Source: a virus
Strand: one strand, 5' to 3'
Length of the DNA: 64,000 nucleotides
Virus record (IMG/VR): IMGVR_UViG_3300042402_003740
Location: 28,328-92,327 of that record
Position 1 is the first letter of the stretch. Each line of letters begins with the position of its first letter. Under the pieces are notes generated by a model that was not told the DNA's origin, ran no database searches, and was given only the letters and a program-made list of their open reading frames with translations. This document shows, one piece after another, positions 20,198-29,488 of the stretch. Both the position numbers and the translations under genes were made by a program.

Positions 20198-20875
20198 TCA
20201 TACTGCTACTTGATCCATTAACCATTGCGTGATGATTCTATCATCGCCGCCAAATTCATCTTTATTGCAAAATATAGTCTTTAGCATTTTAACTGGCTTA
20301 TAGGAGATTATCTCTCTTTGATATGAAAATTGCCCTGCGAGTCTTGGTATGTTTGTATATTTGTCTGGATTCATAAAGAATGAGTTCCGAGAGCGTTCAA
20401 GGTCAGCAATAGCAAGAATATGATAAGACTCTTTGTTTCTGCGATACATCTTACCACCAAAATCTTCCACAAGTTTGGGAAGAGCAGCGAGGTCTACAGT
20501 CCATGAAGAAACTACATTCCTTATGTTCGTATATGTGCCTCCACGGACTATTCCCCTATTTCCGCTAACAGATATATTAAAGTTGCTCTTCATTATGTCC
20601 ACAGGTAAATCAGACATCAAGCGATATGCATATTTGTATGATTTTGGCACACGAAGAATATCAGCGTGTTTTCCTGCTTTTTGTGCTGCAATTAATTTTG
20701 GTAGTTCTTTAACCAAAGCAGCATCTCGCCCTCCAAAGTAGTGCTTTTGGAAAGCCTCCCAAGCATCTTCTTCATCCTTTGTGTTTTTCTCTGGTGGTTG
20801 TACAACATCTGTTCGCTCTGGAGCGAACAGCACATTTCCATAGTCTTCTTTCAACCATCGTTTAAGAGATTTCAT
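20198..20875 (-). CDS. Putative ADP-ribosyltransferase (R-S-E type, QxE) with capsid-targeting leader
   Basis: AYRLM...VSSWTVD...YQREII; leader MKSLKRWLKE. Confidence 0.55.
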   Translation of the reverse strand: MKSLKRWLKEDYGNVLFAPERTDVVQPPEKNTKDEEDAWEAFQKHYFGGRDAALVKELPKLIAAQKAGKHADILRVPKSYKYAYRLMSDLPVDIMKSNFNISVSGNRGIVRGGTYTNIRNVVSSWTVDLAALPKLVEDFGGKMYRRNKESYHILAIADLERSRNSFFMNPDKYTNIPRLAGQFSYQREIISYKPVKMLKTIFCNKDEFGGDDRIITQWLMDQVAV

Positions 20876-21905
20876 CTTTTTCCTTATTTTCGTGCATTAG
20901 GTTCGCATATTTTCCCTGATCTGCGATCCAGTCTTCAATGTCACCCATCTGCTGTCCTGCATCTTTCAGTTTTTTCTTCAACTTTTTCTTTGTCTTTGCT
21001 ATTATTCTAGAAACAGCAGATGCTCCACTTCCAACAAGTTTCTTTACACCCTTGACCAAAGCCGTACTCTCTTCCATAGAGTTTTGTCCATTTAGTGCTT
21101 TGGATAGACCATTAACAGCAGACTCATAATTATCAAGAGAAATAGAAGACTTTGCTCCTGCAAGTTTTAGTCTCCCCTGTACACGATATCCAACAGAACG
21201 ATAGGGCTTACCGCCAGATCCTGCTGGTCCTGGACGCATCTCTATGTCGATGTCTCCCTCAAGCATGGGAACCCCAAGACCCAACACATCATTGCCTGTA
21301 TGGAAGAGTCCCATTCCTCCAATTTGAATGTAATCCACATTCTTCTTCTGATAGTGTTGACGAATCCATTGTGCATTGTATCGTATCTTCTTGTTTGTTG
21401 GAATAATAAGTCCCGCTTTCTTGGCGGCTTCCCAATCCTTGTTCTTTACCTTTAGTGGGAAGCCCAATCCTTCTTCAGTATCGTAAAAAGGATCGCCAAG
21501 AGAAGAGAAGTGGTCCAGGAGTTTGTCAAGATACTTTACAACAGGGATAAGAGCATTAGAGAACATCTTCACATCTTCTTCTTTGATTTTGGTAAAATCA
21601 AAACGGTCTACAAGACGATCAGGGAATGACCCAACGAACCCGTCTGCATCTCGTTCATAGTTAATAGATGTACCGCCCATCTGTGCGTTTCCGTCCATCT
21701 TGATCTCCATGTTAATGGTTTGACCATTGATGGTAAAAGAAGCATCTCCGGATCCAGCAGATGAAAATGCTCCACCAGCACTCTCTATTCTCTTGAAATT
21801 AGGATACTCTTTGGCGAGTCTGTCCATGACAGCCTCTACCTTTTTCTCATAATTCACTCCACCCATTCCTACAGTTTCTGTGATATATTCTTTGAAAAGT
21901 TTCAT
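20862..21905 (-). CDS. PD-(D/E)XK nuclease-like protein with capsid-targeting leader
   Basis: YEKKV...GSGDASF...MEIK; leader MKLFKEYITE. Confidence 0.65.
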   Translation of the reverse strand: MKLFKEYITETVGMGGVNYEKKVEAVMDRLAKEYPNFKRIESAGGAFSSAGSGDASFTINGQTINMEIKMDGNAQMGGTSINYERDADGFVGSFPDRLVDRFDFTKIKEEDVKMFSNALIPVVKYLDKLLDHFSSLGDPFYDTEEGLGFPLKVKNKDWEAAKKAGLIIPTNKKIRYNAQWIRQHYQKKNVDYIQIGGMGLFHTGNDVLGLGVPMLEGDIDIEMRPGPAGSGGKPYRSVGYRVQGRLKLAGAKSSISLDNYESAVNGLSKALNGQNSMEESTALVKGVKKLVGSGASAVSRIIAKTKKKLKKKLKDAGQQMGDIEDWIADQGKYANLMHENKEKDEIS

Positions 21906-22041
21906 CTGTTGCTCCTGAATTGATGTTTATTCAGGAGTATGTAGGCTTGGGCTATTCTATAAAAGGAGGAGATTGCATACCATACCTCCCTGTATGTGTT
22001 TTCTAAATCCTATAATATCTAGGATTATTTGGATTTAGAGA

Positions 22042-22833
22042 TCATTTTATAAGATGAGAGAGTGTTTTCACCGCTGATTCGTAGTCATCAAGAGTGTGTT
22101 CCATTTGCACCATGCTGAACTGTATTCTTCCTTGTACTCTTAATCCAACACCACGAACCAAACCATATCTTGAAGGCTTTGATCCAGAAGCACCTGCTCT
22201 GATTTCAACACGAATATTTCCATTCAAAAGAGGAACAGGAAGATGTAGTGGATTTTTACCAGTATGAAACAATCCACATCCTCCTATCTGAATATAGTCT
22301 ACACCTTTTGAAAGATAGTGGTTTCTTATAAAACTAGCGTTTTCTTCAATAAAAGCATTTATTGGTTTTATTAGACCTCTAGAAGTAGCAATGCTCCATG
22401 CCTCTTTTCCCACTACCATTGGAAACCCTTCTATGTTCTGATGGACCTCAAATGGATAAGATGCTTTTAGTTCTCCAATTAGTTTTTCTATTGCGTCTGA
22501 TTTTGAATTCAAGACTGCACGATATATGTCTATCATTTCTGGTTCTATTCCCTCTGACTTTAGGAAAGAAAATCTTTCTTCCTTGGGAAGGGAAGAACGA
22601 TATCTCACAGAGGTTCCTCCCATCTGTGCCTTTTTGTTCATTTTTATTTCAATATAATATTTCTGCCCATTTATTTTTAGAGTGAGATCTCCTGATCCTG
22701 CACTAGAAAAACCTCCACCCACATCCTCTAGAACAGAAAGTTTTGGAAAGTTTTCTGACACCTTTTCACATACGGATCTAACATCTTTTTCATACGCTAA
22801 AGATTTTTGTGTTTGTTTTGTTTTCTCTTCCAT
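22042..22833 (-). CDS. PD-(D/E)XK nuclease-like protein, paralog of 20862..21905
   Basis: YEKDV...GSGDLTL...IEIKMNKKAQMGGTS; VDYIQIGG.GLFHTG shared with its neighbour. Confidence 0.65.
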   Translation of the reverse strand: MEEKTKQTQKSLAYEKDVRSVCEKVSENFPKLSVLEDVGGGFSSAGSGDLTLKINGQKYYIEIKMNKKAQMGGTSVRYRSSLPKEERFSFLKSEGIEPEMIDIYRAVLNSKSDAIEKLIGELKASYPFEVHQNIEGFPMVVGKEAWSIATSRGLIKPINAFIEENASFIRNHYLSKGVDYIQIGGCGLFHTGKNPLHLPVPLLNGNIRVEIRAGASGSKPSRYGLVRGVGLRVQGRIQFSMVQMEHTLDDYESAVKTLSHLIK

Positions 22834-22839
22834 TTTGTT

Positions 22840-24465
22840 TCATCCATTTGGATTTCCAAGCATTTGCTTTAGGTGTTTCTTTCCACCTATTGCCCGAACA
22901 TATTGTCCGTTGCCTTTCCACTCTATTTCTTTTCCACGAAGTACTCTACGAACAATAGACTCATCGTCTACGACTGGCGCACCACGGGATATAAGTATGT
23001 CGAGTATTTTTCCGCTTGCTTCGCCATAACTCCCCTGTGTCTTGAGAATGTCTACGGCTTTCTTCAGCACCTGTCGCTTGGCTTCGGCTCCACCATCGGA
23101 ACCAATTGTTGTCATCTTCTTGCCGAAAAGTGTGGTCTTTGAGAGTATAGCCGCATCCACATCATCGGGTTCGTCTGTGTCTATGACATCGGTGATATTG
23201 TTGTCCGCAGGAACAGAGTCGGCATTGGGAAAATCAGGATGACCACCGACAGGAGCATAGGCGGCATTGACGATATCAAAGATGTCTCGCTGAACATCAG
23301 TGTTCTTACGAACCTCTGCGGTTGCCAGAGATTTCCACTGGTCTTTATTTCGCACAACACCACGCCCTGCCTCTGCAATGAAAGTCTTGAATGAAACGAT
23401 GCTCTCGCCTATGACATCATAGATGCGGTAGCCCGGATACTTGCGCTTTAGTTCTGCAAATATTCTGTCAAGTCCACTACTAGAGAATTTTGCCCCGTCT
23501 TCGCTTGTGGCACTAATGACCTTGCGCTGGTGGTCAATTCTTCCCTGCACAACAGGAGTAACAGAGCGTTCAATCTTCAGCAACTCTGGAAAGACATCCT
23601 CATGGGTATCACGAACAGGGTCTTTTGGACTGCGTATTGTTACACGGGTCATGCCTTTTGATGGCTTTATTTCTGATGAAGCAATCCACAGTTCAGGAAT
23701 CTTGCCCCCTGTTGATACTCCCCATACCTTTTGACGGATACGCTCCATCTCCTGCTCTTGGTCTTTTTCATATGGTGAAACGGAGTGTCCGTAGTCAAGA
23801 TATGCACCCGCAGTATCAACCATGTCTCCAACAATATCAGGGTGCATTTTCAATACATCACGCACCACTTGTTCTGTTTCCCGTTTTGTCTTCTTTACTG
23901 TATCCCTAGTGGATTTCTTGCGGGCTTCGCTCTCACGACTCCATCCAAGCGCATCGGTAATAATATCCTTGTGATCGAATGCAAGGCGTGGAAGACGCTT
24001 CACAGAAATCCACTTTGCATCAACAGCATCATCCTGTCCACGCACACGCTGACCCATCTCTGCGGGAAGAGTGATGGTGTATGCATACGAGATTGACCAT
24101 GCTGTTTTCGTATCACGGGGATCTCGACCGCCTCCCTTGTATATTCCAACCGAACGCAATTTCGAGCGCATCTCTGCTGGAATCTTCAACCCTGTCTCTT
24201 CCTCTAGTTCACGGAGTGCAGCATCGGCAATGGATTCTGTCTGTCCTGCCTTCCACTCTCCTCCTGCCTTTGCGGTGGTGTTTACGAATCCACCTGGTAT
24301 TGCCCACTTTCCGCCTTCGGTCTTGCCAGGTTTACGCTTGATGAGCAGTACCTCAAGTCCTCCATCTTTTGCAGGACGGAATACCACAAGATCTACCGTT
24401 GGATTTGCTCCTGTATAGCGGTAGCCCTCTTTGGCTTCGGTGATGAAGTGTCTAAAGTCTATCAT
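22840..24465 (-). CDS. Nudix hydrolase (ADP-ribose pyrophosphatase/NrtR-like) fused to further domains
   Basis: Nudix box GGFV...ESIADAALRELEEETGL, GRDPR, DDAVDAKW, LAFDH; start MIDFRHFITE in ATGA overlap. Confidence 0.85.
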   Translation of the reverse strand: MIDFRHFITEAKEGYRYTGANPTVDLVVFRPAKDGGLEVLLIKRKPGKTEGGKWAIPGGFVNTTAKAGGEWKAGQTESIADAALRELEEETGLKIPAEMRSKLRSVGIYKGGGRDPRDTKTAWSISYAYTITLPAEMGQRVRGQDDAVDAKWISVKRLPRLAFDHKDIITDALGWSRESEARKKSTRDTVKKTKRETEQVVRDVLKMHPDIVGDMVDTAGAYLDYGHSVSPYEKDQEQEMERIRQKVWGVSTGGKIPELWIASSEIKPSKGMTRVTIRSPKDPVRDTHEDVFPELLKIERSVTPVVQGRIDHQRKVISATSEDGAKFSSSGLDRIFAELKRKYPGYRIYDVIGESIVSFKTFIAEAGRGVVRNKDQWKSLATAEVRKNTDVQRDIFDIVNAAYAPVGGHPDFPNADSVPADNNITDVIDTDEPDDVDAAILSKTTLFGKKMTTIGSDGGAEAKRQVLKKAVDILKTQGSYGEASGKILDILISRGAPVVDDESIVRRVLRGKEIEWKGNGQYVRAIGGKKHLKQMLGNPNG

Positions 24466-25019
24466 AGTGGGTTTCCTACCATCATCTTTGTCATCCGTTT
24501 TCCACCAGAGAAGGTTCGGGTATACCAGCCATCGCCTTCCCATCCATCCATCTTGCCGTGCCATTCGAACTCTACCTTTGGGTCACTCTTGACGATCTTC
24601 TCTACACGCTTTGGATCGTTGATAGGCTTTACTCCCATGCCCATGAGTATCTGTGCGGGTCTTCCTGATATTTCGGTATAGTTCCCACGAACAGAGAGTA
24701 TATCCTTTACCCGCTTCATCATCTGACGCTTCGCTTCCTGCGAACCGTCTGTTCCCATGCCGTGTATAATTCTACCTTTACCCCTTTGCTGTGTGAGTAT
24801 GACAGCATCAATGGCAGAATCATCATCGGTATCTATGACATCAACATCATCGGTTCCCACAGGATCAGAAGAGGTAAACTGCCTATGTCCCGTAGGAAAC
24901 TGTGAGTATACAGACTGTAGAATCTCTCCAATCTGCTTGGCAACATCGGTGTTTCCCTTTACCTCGTTGTTCGAAAGGGTAGACCATTTTCCCTTGATGT
25001 AGCCTTTAAAACTCTTCAT
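24462..25019 (-). CDS. Hypothetical protein, paralog of the C-terminal domain of the Nudix protein
   Basis: NTDV...DVIDTD...GTDGSQEAKRQ...MVGNP aligns with the last ~165 aa of 22840..24465. Confidence 0.75.
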   Translation of the reverse strand: MKSFKGYIKGKWSTLSNNEVKGNTDVAKQIGEILQSVYSQFPTGHRQFTSSDPVGTDDVDVIDTDDDSAIDAVILTQQRGKGRIIHGMGTDGSQEAKRQMMKRVKDILSVRGNYTEISGRPAQILMGMGVKPINDPKRVEKIVKSDPKVEFEWHGKMDGWEGDGWYTRTFSGGKRMTKMMVGNPL

Positions 25020-26422
25020 TCAATTCTTTCCATTTTTTCAGGCATATCCGAACCCAAGATGTCTTGTAGTTCATCAAATACCTCGTTGTACTTCTTTACA
25101 AGTTCAACCCATGTTTGGTTTACATATGCCTTTGCAGGAGTTTTTGTACCGATCTTTACAACCCGTGTAACTTCTGTTTCTCTTCCAACAGAGTTTTTTG
25201 TTCCTAATTTGTTTGCAAACCATTCAGAAAAGATACAGCCATCATCTGTAGGCATGGTGTAAACAATGGGTACATTCATGCCCTCCATTATTTCTTTGTA
25301 TGCATAATCCATTGTTCTAAGTATGGAGCGGACGATACTCTTTTTCTCGGATTTTGATGCGGCTTTGAAACCATTTGCCTGTTTGAGAATGAACTTAAGT
25401 TCTGGTGATGGGAGTACCGATACCGATCCACCAAACAAACCTTCTTGTGTTGCGAAATTGGCTGCTACTGCTGGTTCTGCTGCCCAACTCTGTATGGCTC
25501 TGTTCGCCTTGTACTCTACAGGAACACCAACATATGTTTTTGCCTTCTTTCCACTACCGATTTCCAATAGGTCTTTGGATTTTAGCAATCTATCCAAGGG
25601 TAGGATTCTTTTTGCAACACTACCGTCAACTCCTATTCCACGCCATACCACACTAACAGTTGGTTCGAATTCGTTTGGATAGTCTTTGACACATTTCTTG
25701 ATAAACTCGAAATCTGCAACCATCTTGTTGTCGGCGTGTCCATCACTGTACATTGCATCTCCACCTACCCAGTCGCTAACACTCATCTCTATTTCGTCTT
25801 CTCTTTTGGTGTTCTGTTCACGGCTTCTGTATTTTCCCTGCTCTATTCCAAATACTAGACGCTGAAACACCTTTGTGCATGGGTTTTTGTTGAATTCTTT
25901 TTCCTTCTCTCTTTTCTCTTTGATTTTACCCTTTTGGCCTTCAAGTTTCTCAATCGAAGTCTCTATGGACTTTCTCATCTTTGTATTCTCTTTTTGCCAC
26001 TTGGCTAGACCTGTCTTTTTTATCTGATTGACTCTGCTTGCAGGAAAGTCCAGAAGAGATCCAGACCTGTCGTCAAATCCCAACTGGCGCACATTATCCT
26101 TAAAGTTGCCAATAAGCGGATAGACTGCTGGTTCCAATCCAATTCCTTCATCAAAGAACAGTCTCACGAGGTCTAGTCCTGACTTCATTACACCTCTAAA
26201 CCACTTACGCTCTTCCTCCTTGGTCATGTCAGAGAACCAAGGAGGAAGATCTCCAATCTTTTTGGATGCCTCTTGGAGTTCTCCAATGGCTTCACGAAGA
26301 GAGCCGCTCCGCTCCCCTGGCGGTTCGCAACCGCAACGGGCAATGGCATCCCGCACGGATTCTCCCGTGTCGGTATCCACTCCACGAAGAACATCAAGAA
26401 CTATGGCTCTCCATGACCGCAT
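25016..26422 (-). CDS. Putative ADP-ribosyltransferase (R-S-E type, ExE)
   Basis: VWRGI...IQSWAAEPAVAANFA...RETEV. Confidence 0.6.
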   Translation of the reverse strand: MRSWRAIVLDVLRGVDTDTGESVRDAIARCGCEPPGERSGSLREAIGELQEASKKIGDLPPWFSDMTKEEERKWFRGVMKSGLDLVRLFFDEGIGLEPAVYPLIGNFKDNVRQLGFDDRSGSLLDFPASRVNQIKKTGLAKWQKENTKMRKSIETSIEKLEGQKGKIKEKREKEKEFNKNPCTKVFQRLVFGIEQGKYRSREQNTKREDEIEMSVSDWVGGDAMYSDGHADNKMVADFEFIKKCVKDYPNEFEPTVSVVWRGIGVDGSVAKRILPLDRLLKSKDLLEIGSGKKAKTYVGVPVEYKANRAIQSWAAEPAVAANFATQEGLFGGSVSVLPSPELKFILKQANGFKAASKSEKKSIVRSILRTMDYAYKEIMEGMNVPIVYTMPTDDGCIFSEWFANKLGTKNSVGRETEVTRVVKIGTKTPAKAYVNQTWVELVKKYNEVFDELQDILGSDMPEKMERIE

Positions 26423-26425
26423 GGG

Positions 26426-26815
26426 TTATCCTCCGTAGGCTACGCCCCGCACAAAGAAGTGGTCTTCGTGACTGGTGAATCCAAAGCACTCCCGTGCATA
26501 CTCTATGACAACTGCTGGATCAAACTTCTTGCAGGAGTACAGGTCGAGGGTAATGAAATGGGTGGGTTCAATCGAATGGATCTGTATGCCACTCTCTATG
26601 AGGGGAACCCATCCGCTCACTCCTGCCTTCTCGGGATACACTTCAACACCGTTTTGTGTTGGTGCATGGATAACCACAGGCTGACTCATGCGTGTCATGC
26701 CGATTCGGTCCACCAGACGCTCAAGAAAGCGATAGGTCAACTCCATGTCATCGGCTGTGCCGGGCTTGCACCCGTACATATCAAGGTAATATGAATACCC
26801 GAAAGGTTTTTTCAT
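26426..26815 (-). CDS. speD: S-adenosylmethionine decarboxylase proenzyme
   Basis: LDMYGC, GVSGWVPLIESGIQIHS (E-S pyruvoyl site), LDLYSCKKFD. Confidence 0.85.
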   Translation of the reverse strand: MKKPFGYSYYLDMYGCKPGTADDMELTYRFLERLVDRIGMTRMSQPVVIHAPTQNGVEVYPEKAGVSGWVPLIESGIQIHSIEPTHFITLDLYSCKKFDPAVVIEYARECFGFTSHEDHFFVRGVAYGG

Positions 26816-27645
26816 TCGAGTGGACTCCCATCCATGTAGAGGTTTCTACAGACCCAGCCGTAGTCGCCTTCTTCCATCTTCTTCTGGGCAGTGTTCATTC
26901 TGTCTTTCATCATTCCGAGACGCTTGTCCTGTAGGAACTTGATGTGGTCTTCAACCATTTTGATGCTTTTCTTCCAACTGTTCATGCATTGGATTGCCTC
27001 ACGCTTTTCGGATGCGCTTTCGTGCATAGTCTCCTCGTATCCCATAAAGGGTCTTGGCTTCTTGTTGCAATCCTTGCCTTTGCATGGCTTTGGCTTTGGT
27101 TTGCCCTTTCCACCCTTCATAGGCTCGACCACGGCATCGTCACCGTACATACGGGAATCTGTTTCGTGGAGAGGGGCTTCTGATTCTTTCAGGGAGTTTC
27201 CTTCCTGAACGGCACGGTATGCCCTTGCCAGTGATTCCAAAAGGTCGGCTTCGGTGCGGTCGGTCTGTACAGAATTTGCAGGAGCGGGTGGAACCCCGCC
27301 TCCAAGAATGGTCTGCACCATCTGTGCTGTTTCGCTCTTTGCTATGCGCTCAAATTCGTTGTTTGTCTCCATCGCTCTACCTTCCTTTATTCCTAGTTTA
27401 TTTAGTGCTGCTTCCCGTTGTCCTATCCCTGCGAGTGCCTCTCTTGGCGACTTGAAGTGTCCTACAGGGACCTGTGAATCGTCTGGAACTCCACGCCCAC
27501 TGGTGTCGCCCTTGTAGAGCAGGAACGCTCCAGGACTAGGCTCATGGAGAAAGTACCAGTTCTTCCCAGAACGGGTCTTCCAGCCCATAACAACACCCAT
27601 GCCCTGGTTTAGTCCTGCAATAACTGATTTTTGCCATTTATTCAT
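26812..27645 (-). CDS. Hypothetical protein (possible second in-frame start at 27372)
   Basis: 277 aa ORF with internal CTAAATA and AAGGAAGG before ATG GAG ACA. Confidence 0.65.
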   Translation of the reverse strand: MNKWQKSVIAGLNQGMGVVMGWKTRSGKNWYFLHEPSPGAFLLYKGDTSGRGVPDDSQVPVGHFKSPREALAGIGQREAALNKLGIKEGRAMETNNEFERIAKSETAQMVQTILGGGVPPAPANSVQTDRTEADLLESLARAYRAVQEGNSLKESEAPLHETDSRMYGDDAVVEPMKGGKGKPKPKPCKGKDCNKKPRPFMGYEETMHESASEKREAIQCMNSWKKSIKMVEDHIKFLQDKRLGMMKDRMNTAQKKMEEGDYGWVCRNLYMDGSPLE

Positions 27646-27646
27646 T

Positions 27647-28621
27647 TCATTTTACTCCGTATTGCTTGTCTATTGATGCCCATTCACCCTTGCAGAAGTC
27701 TACGACTGCCTGTATGTAGGCGGTAATCTCGTTCGGGGTGATCTTGCCCATAGAGGGGTTGAAGCCGCTGCCTTTGCCCAGGCGACCCACACGCTCCATC
27801 TTGCCGATGCTCTTCTTGAAAGCCCTGGCAATGGCATCAACACGGGCAGGATCGAATTGCTCAGAAGTGCCGTCGTTCCTGCCGTAGTACTGGTTTGACC
27901 CGTTCTGTAGACCCGAGAGCACGGACATGACCATCTCTAGGCGGCTCATTGCCATGTCGCCGCTCTTCCAGTCTTTCAAGACCTCTTGTGCATAGACAAG
28001 CCACTCCTTGCGGTTCCTGAAACTCTCTGGCATCATGCGAAAGTGCTTCTGTGCCATTGTCTCGGGCTTGCCTGGTTTCTTCTCGTTTCCCCCAGCCTCG
28101 TCCAGTTCGACCGATTCTCCTACAAACTTCTTGCCCCGACCGCTCTTGAGGAATCCGTGTAGCCATGCCTGTGGATCTTTGCTGCCTGGATAGGTCTGTG
28201 GCAGTGGTTTACCGTGCAGTTCTCCGGTGATGCCCCCAAAGTAGTCTTCGTATTCCATAAAACCCACCTTTTTGCCACCCTTCAGGATGTCATAGTGGGT
28301 TGTGGACTGTGTGCCGTCCTCTGTTTTTTTCTTTTCCACCTTGGTTTTCTTTAGAGAATACTCCCCGACACCTTCGTGCAACCCAAGGGATTCCTTCACC
28401 ACCTGTATCCCCTTGTAACGGCTCCGCACCAATTCTGCACCTGTAAGAACATCCACAAGATCCTCATAGTGGTAGTCTGTTGCAACAGCCTCGCTTGAAT
28501 AGGGTCCCGCTACCTTCATCTTGCCACCAGACTTGTACACGGCATAGTACCCTTCAGGGTCAACCTTGCCTATTCCTCTGGCGGCTTCGTCTAATCTTCT
28601 AATATCCTTGAATCGCTTCAT
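27647..28621 (-). CDS. Putative internal head polyprotein
   Basis: MKRFKDIRRLDE leader; internal VKE/LHE/VGESVELDE linkers. Confidence 0.65.
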   Translation of the reverse strand: MKRFKDIRRLDEAARGIGKVDPEGYYAVYKSGGKMKVAGPYSSEAVATDYHYEDLVDVLTGAELVRSRYKGIQVVKESLGLHEGVGEYSLKKTKVEKKKTEDGTQSTTHYDILKGGKKVGFMEYEDYFGGITGELHGKPLPQTYPGSKDPQAWLHGFLKSGRGKKFVGESVELDEAGGNEKKPGKPETMAQKHFRMMPESFRNRKEWLVYAQEVLKDWKSGDMAMSRLEMVMSVLSGLQNGSNQYYGRNDGTSEQFDPARVDAIARAFKKSIGKMERVGRLGKGSGFNPSMGKITPNEITAYIQAVVDFCKGEWASIDKQYGVK

Positions 28622-29487
28622 CTCTGCTTCTCCTCTAAATATTGGCTGTTGTAATCTTCGAATTTACGCAGTACCGCCTCTCTGCCGTCAAAAACCTGTA
28701 GTTTTTGCTCTGGTGTAAGCAGCCGCCAGGCACCTGGTGACATTAGTGTTTCCCTACCATCGGTTGTTTTTTCTGCTAGTGGAACATAGCAGCGGCACTG
28801 TATTGGGGTCTTCTCTAATCTTACAATTTCAGACTCTGCGGGGTTTCCAAAGTGGACAAGATTAAGGCTTTCGTCCGGGGATATCTTGTACTCTAGAACA
28901 AAGTGTATGCGTTGCTGTTTCATCTGGTCAGACCACCAACTGTCTGTGACCCCTGTAAAGTCGCCTGTTGCAAATCCTAGTGCCACTCTCTGTTCTGTCG
29001 TCCATGACTGTGCAACCGACCGGGCCTCGTAGCGTAGGGTTCCCTCTGCACACTGTAGTGGTCTTTTGCCCCTGTACAGGGTTGTGATTCTTTCAAATTT
29101 GAATGCATTGGCAAATCTCTTCACTCCAAACCCTTCGCCACGGTACACATTCCCGCTGTATCGTAGCCACGATCCAGTCTTTCCACACCCCTGTATCATT
29201 CTCTTTATACGAAGAACAAGATCTTCAGGGGTGTAGTCCCGTTGAGCCTTGAATCCCATCATCCACTTGTTCATGGTGTCTGCAAGCCCTGCAATCTCTT
29301 CGTTCTTTGCCTCTTTTGCTGCCCTCTCTATCCATTGCCAGCCTTTGCCTCTAAAATGGTCAATAGGAGAACCCTGAAACAGAGGAGGATTTGACCCGCC
29401 CAAGAGATGACACAACCCACGGGAGAAATCTATCTCTCCTCCACTCTTTGACTCTAGTATCTCTATGAATTGGCGGTAGCGTTTCAT
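28618..29487 (-). CDS. Putative ADP-ribosyltransferase (R-S-E type, ExE) with capsid-targeting leader
   Basis: VYRGE...AQSWTTEQRVALGFA...AESEIV; leader MKRYRQFIEILE. Confidence 0.62.
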   Translation of the reverse strand: MKRYRQFIEILESKSGGEIDFSRGLCHLLGGSNPPLFQGSPIDHFRGKGWQWIERAAKEAKNEEIAGLADTMNKWMMGFKAQRDYTPEDLVLRIKRMIQGCGKTGSWLRYSGNVYRGEGFGVKRFANAFKFERITTLYRGKRPLQCAEGTLRYEARSVAQSWTTEQRVALGFATGDFTGVTDSWWSDQMKQQRIHFVLEYKISPDESLNLVHFGNPAESEIVRLEKTPIQCRCYVPLAEKTTDGRETLMSPGAWRLLTPEQKLQVFDGREAVLRKFEDYNSQYLEEKQR

Positions 29488-29488
29488 A

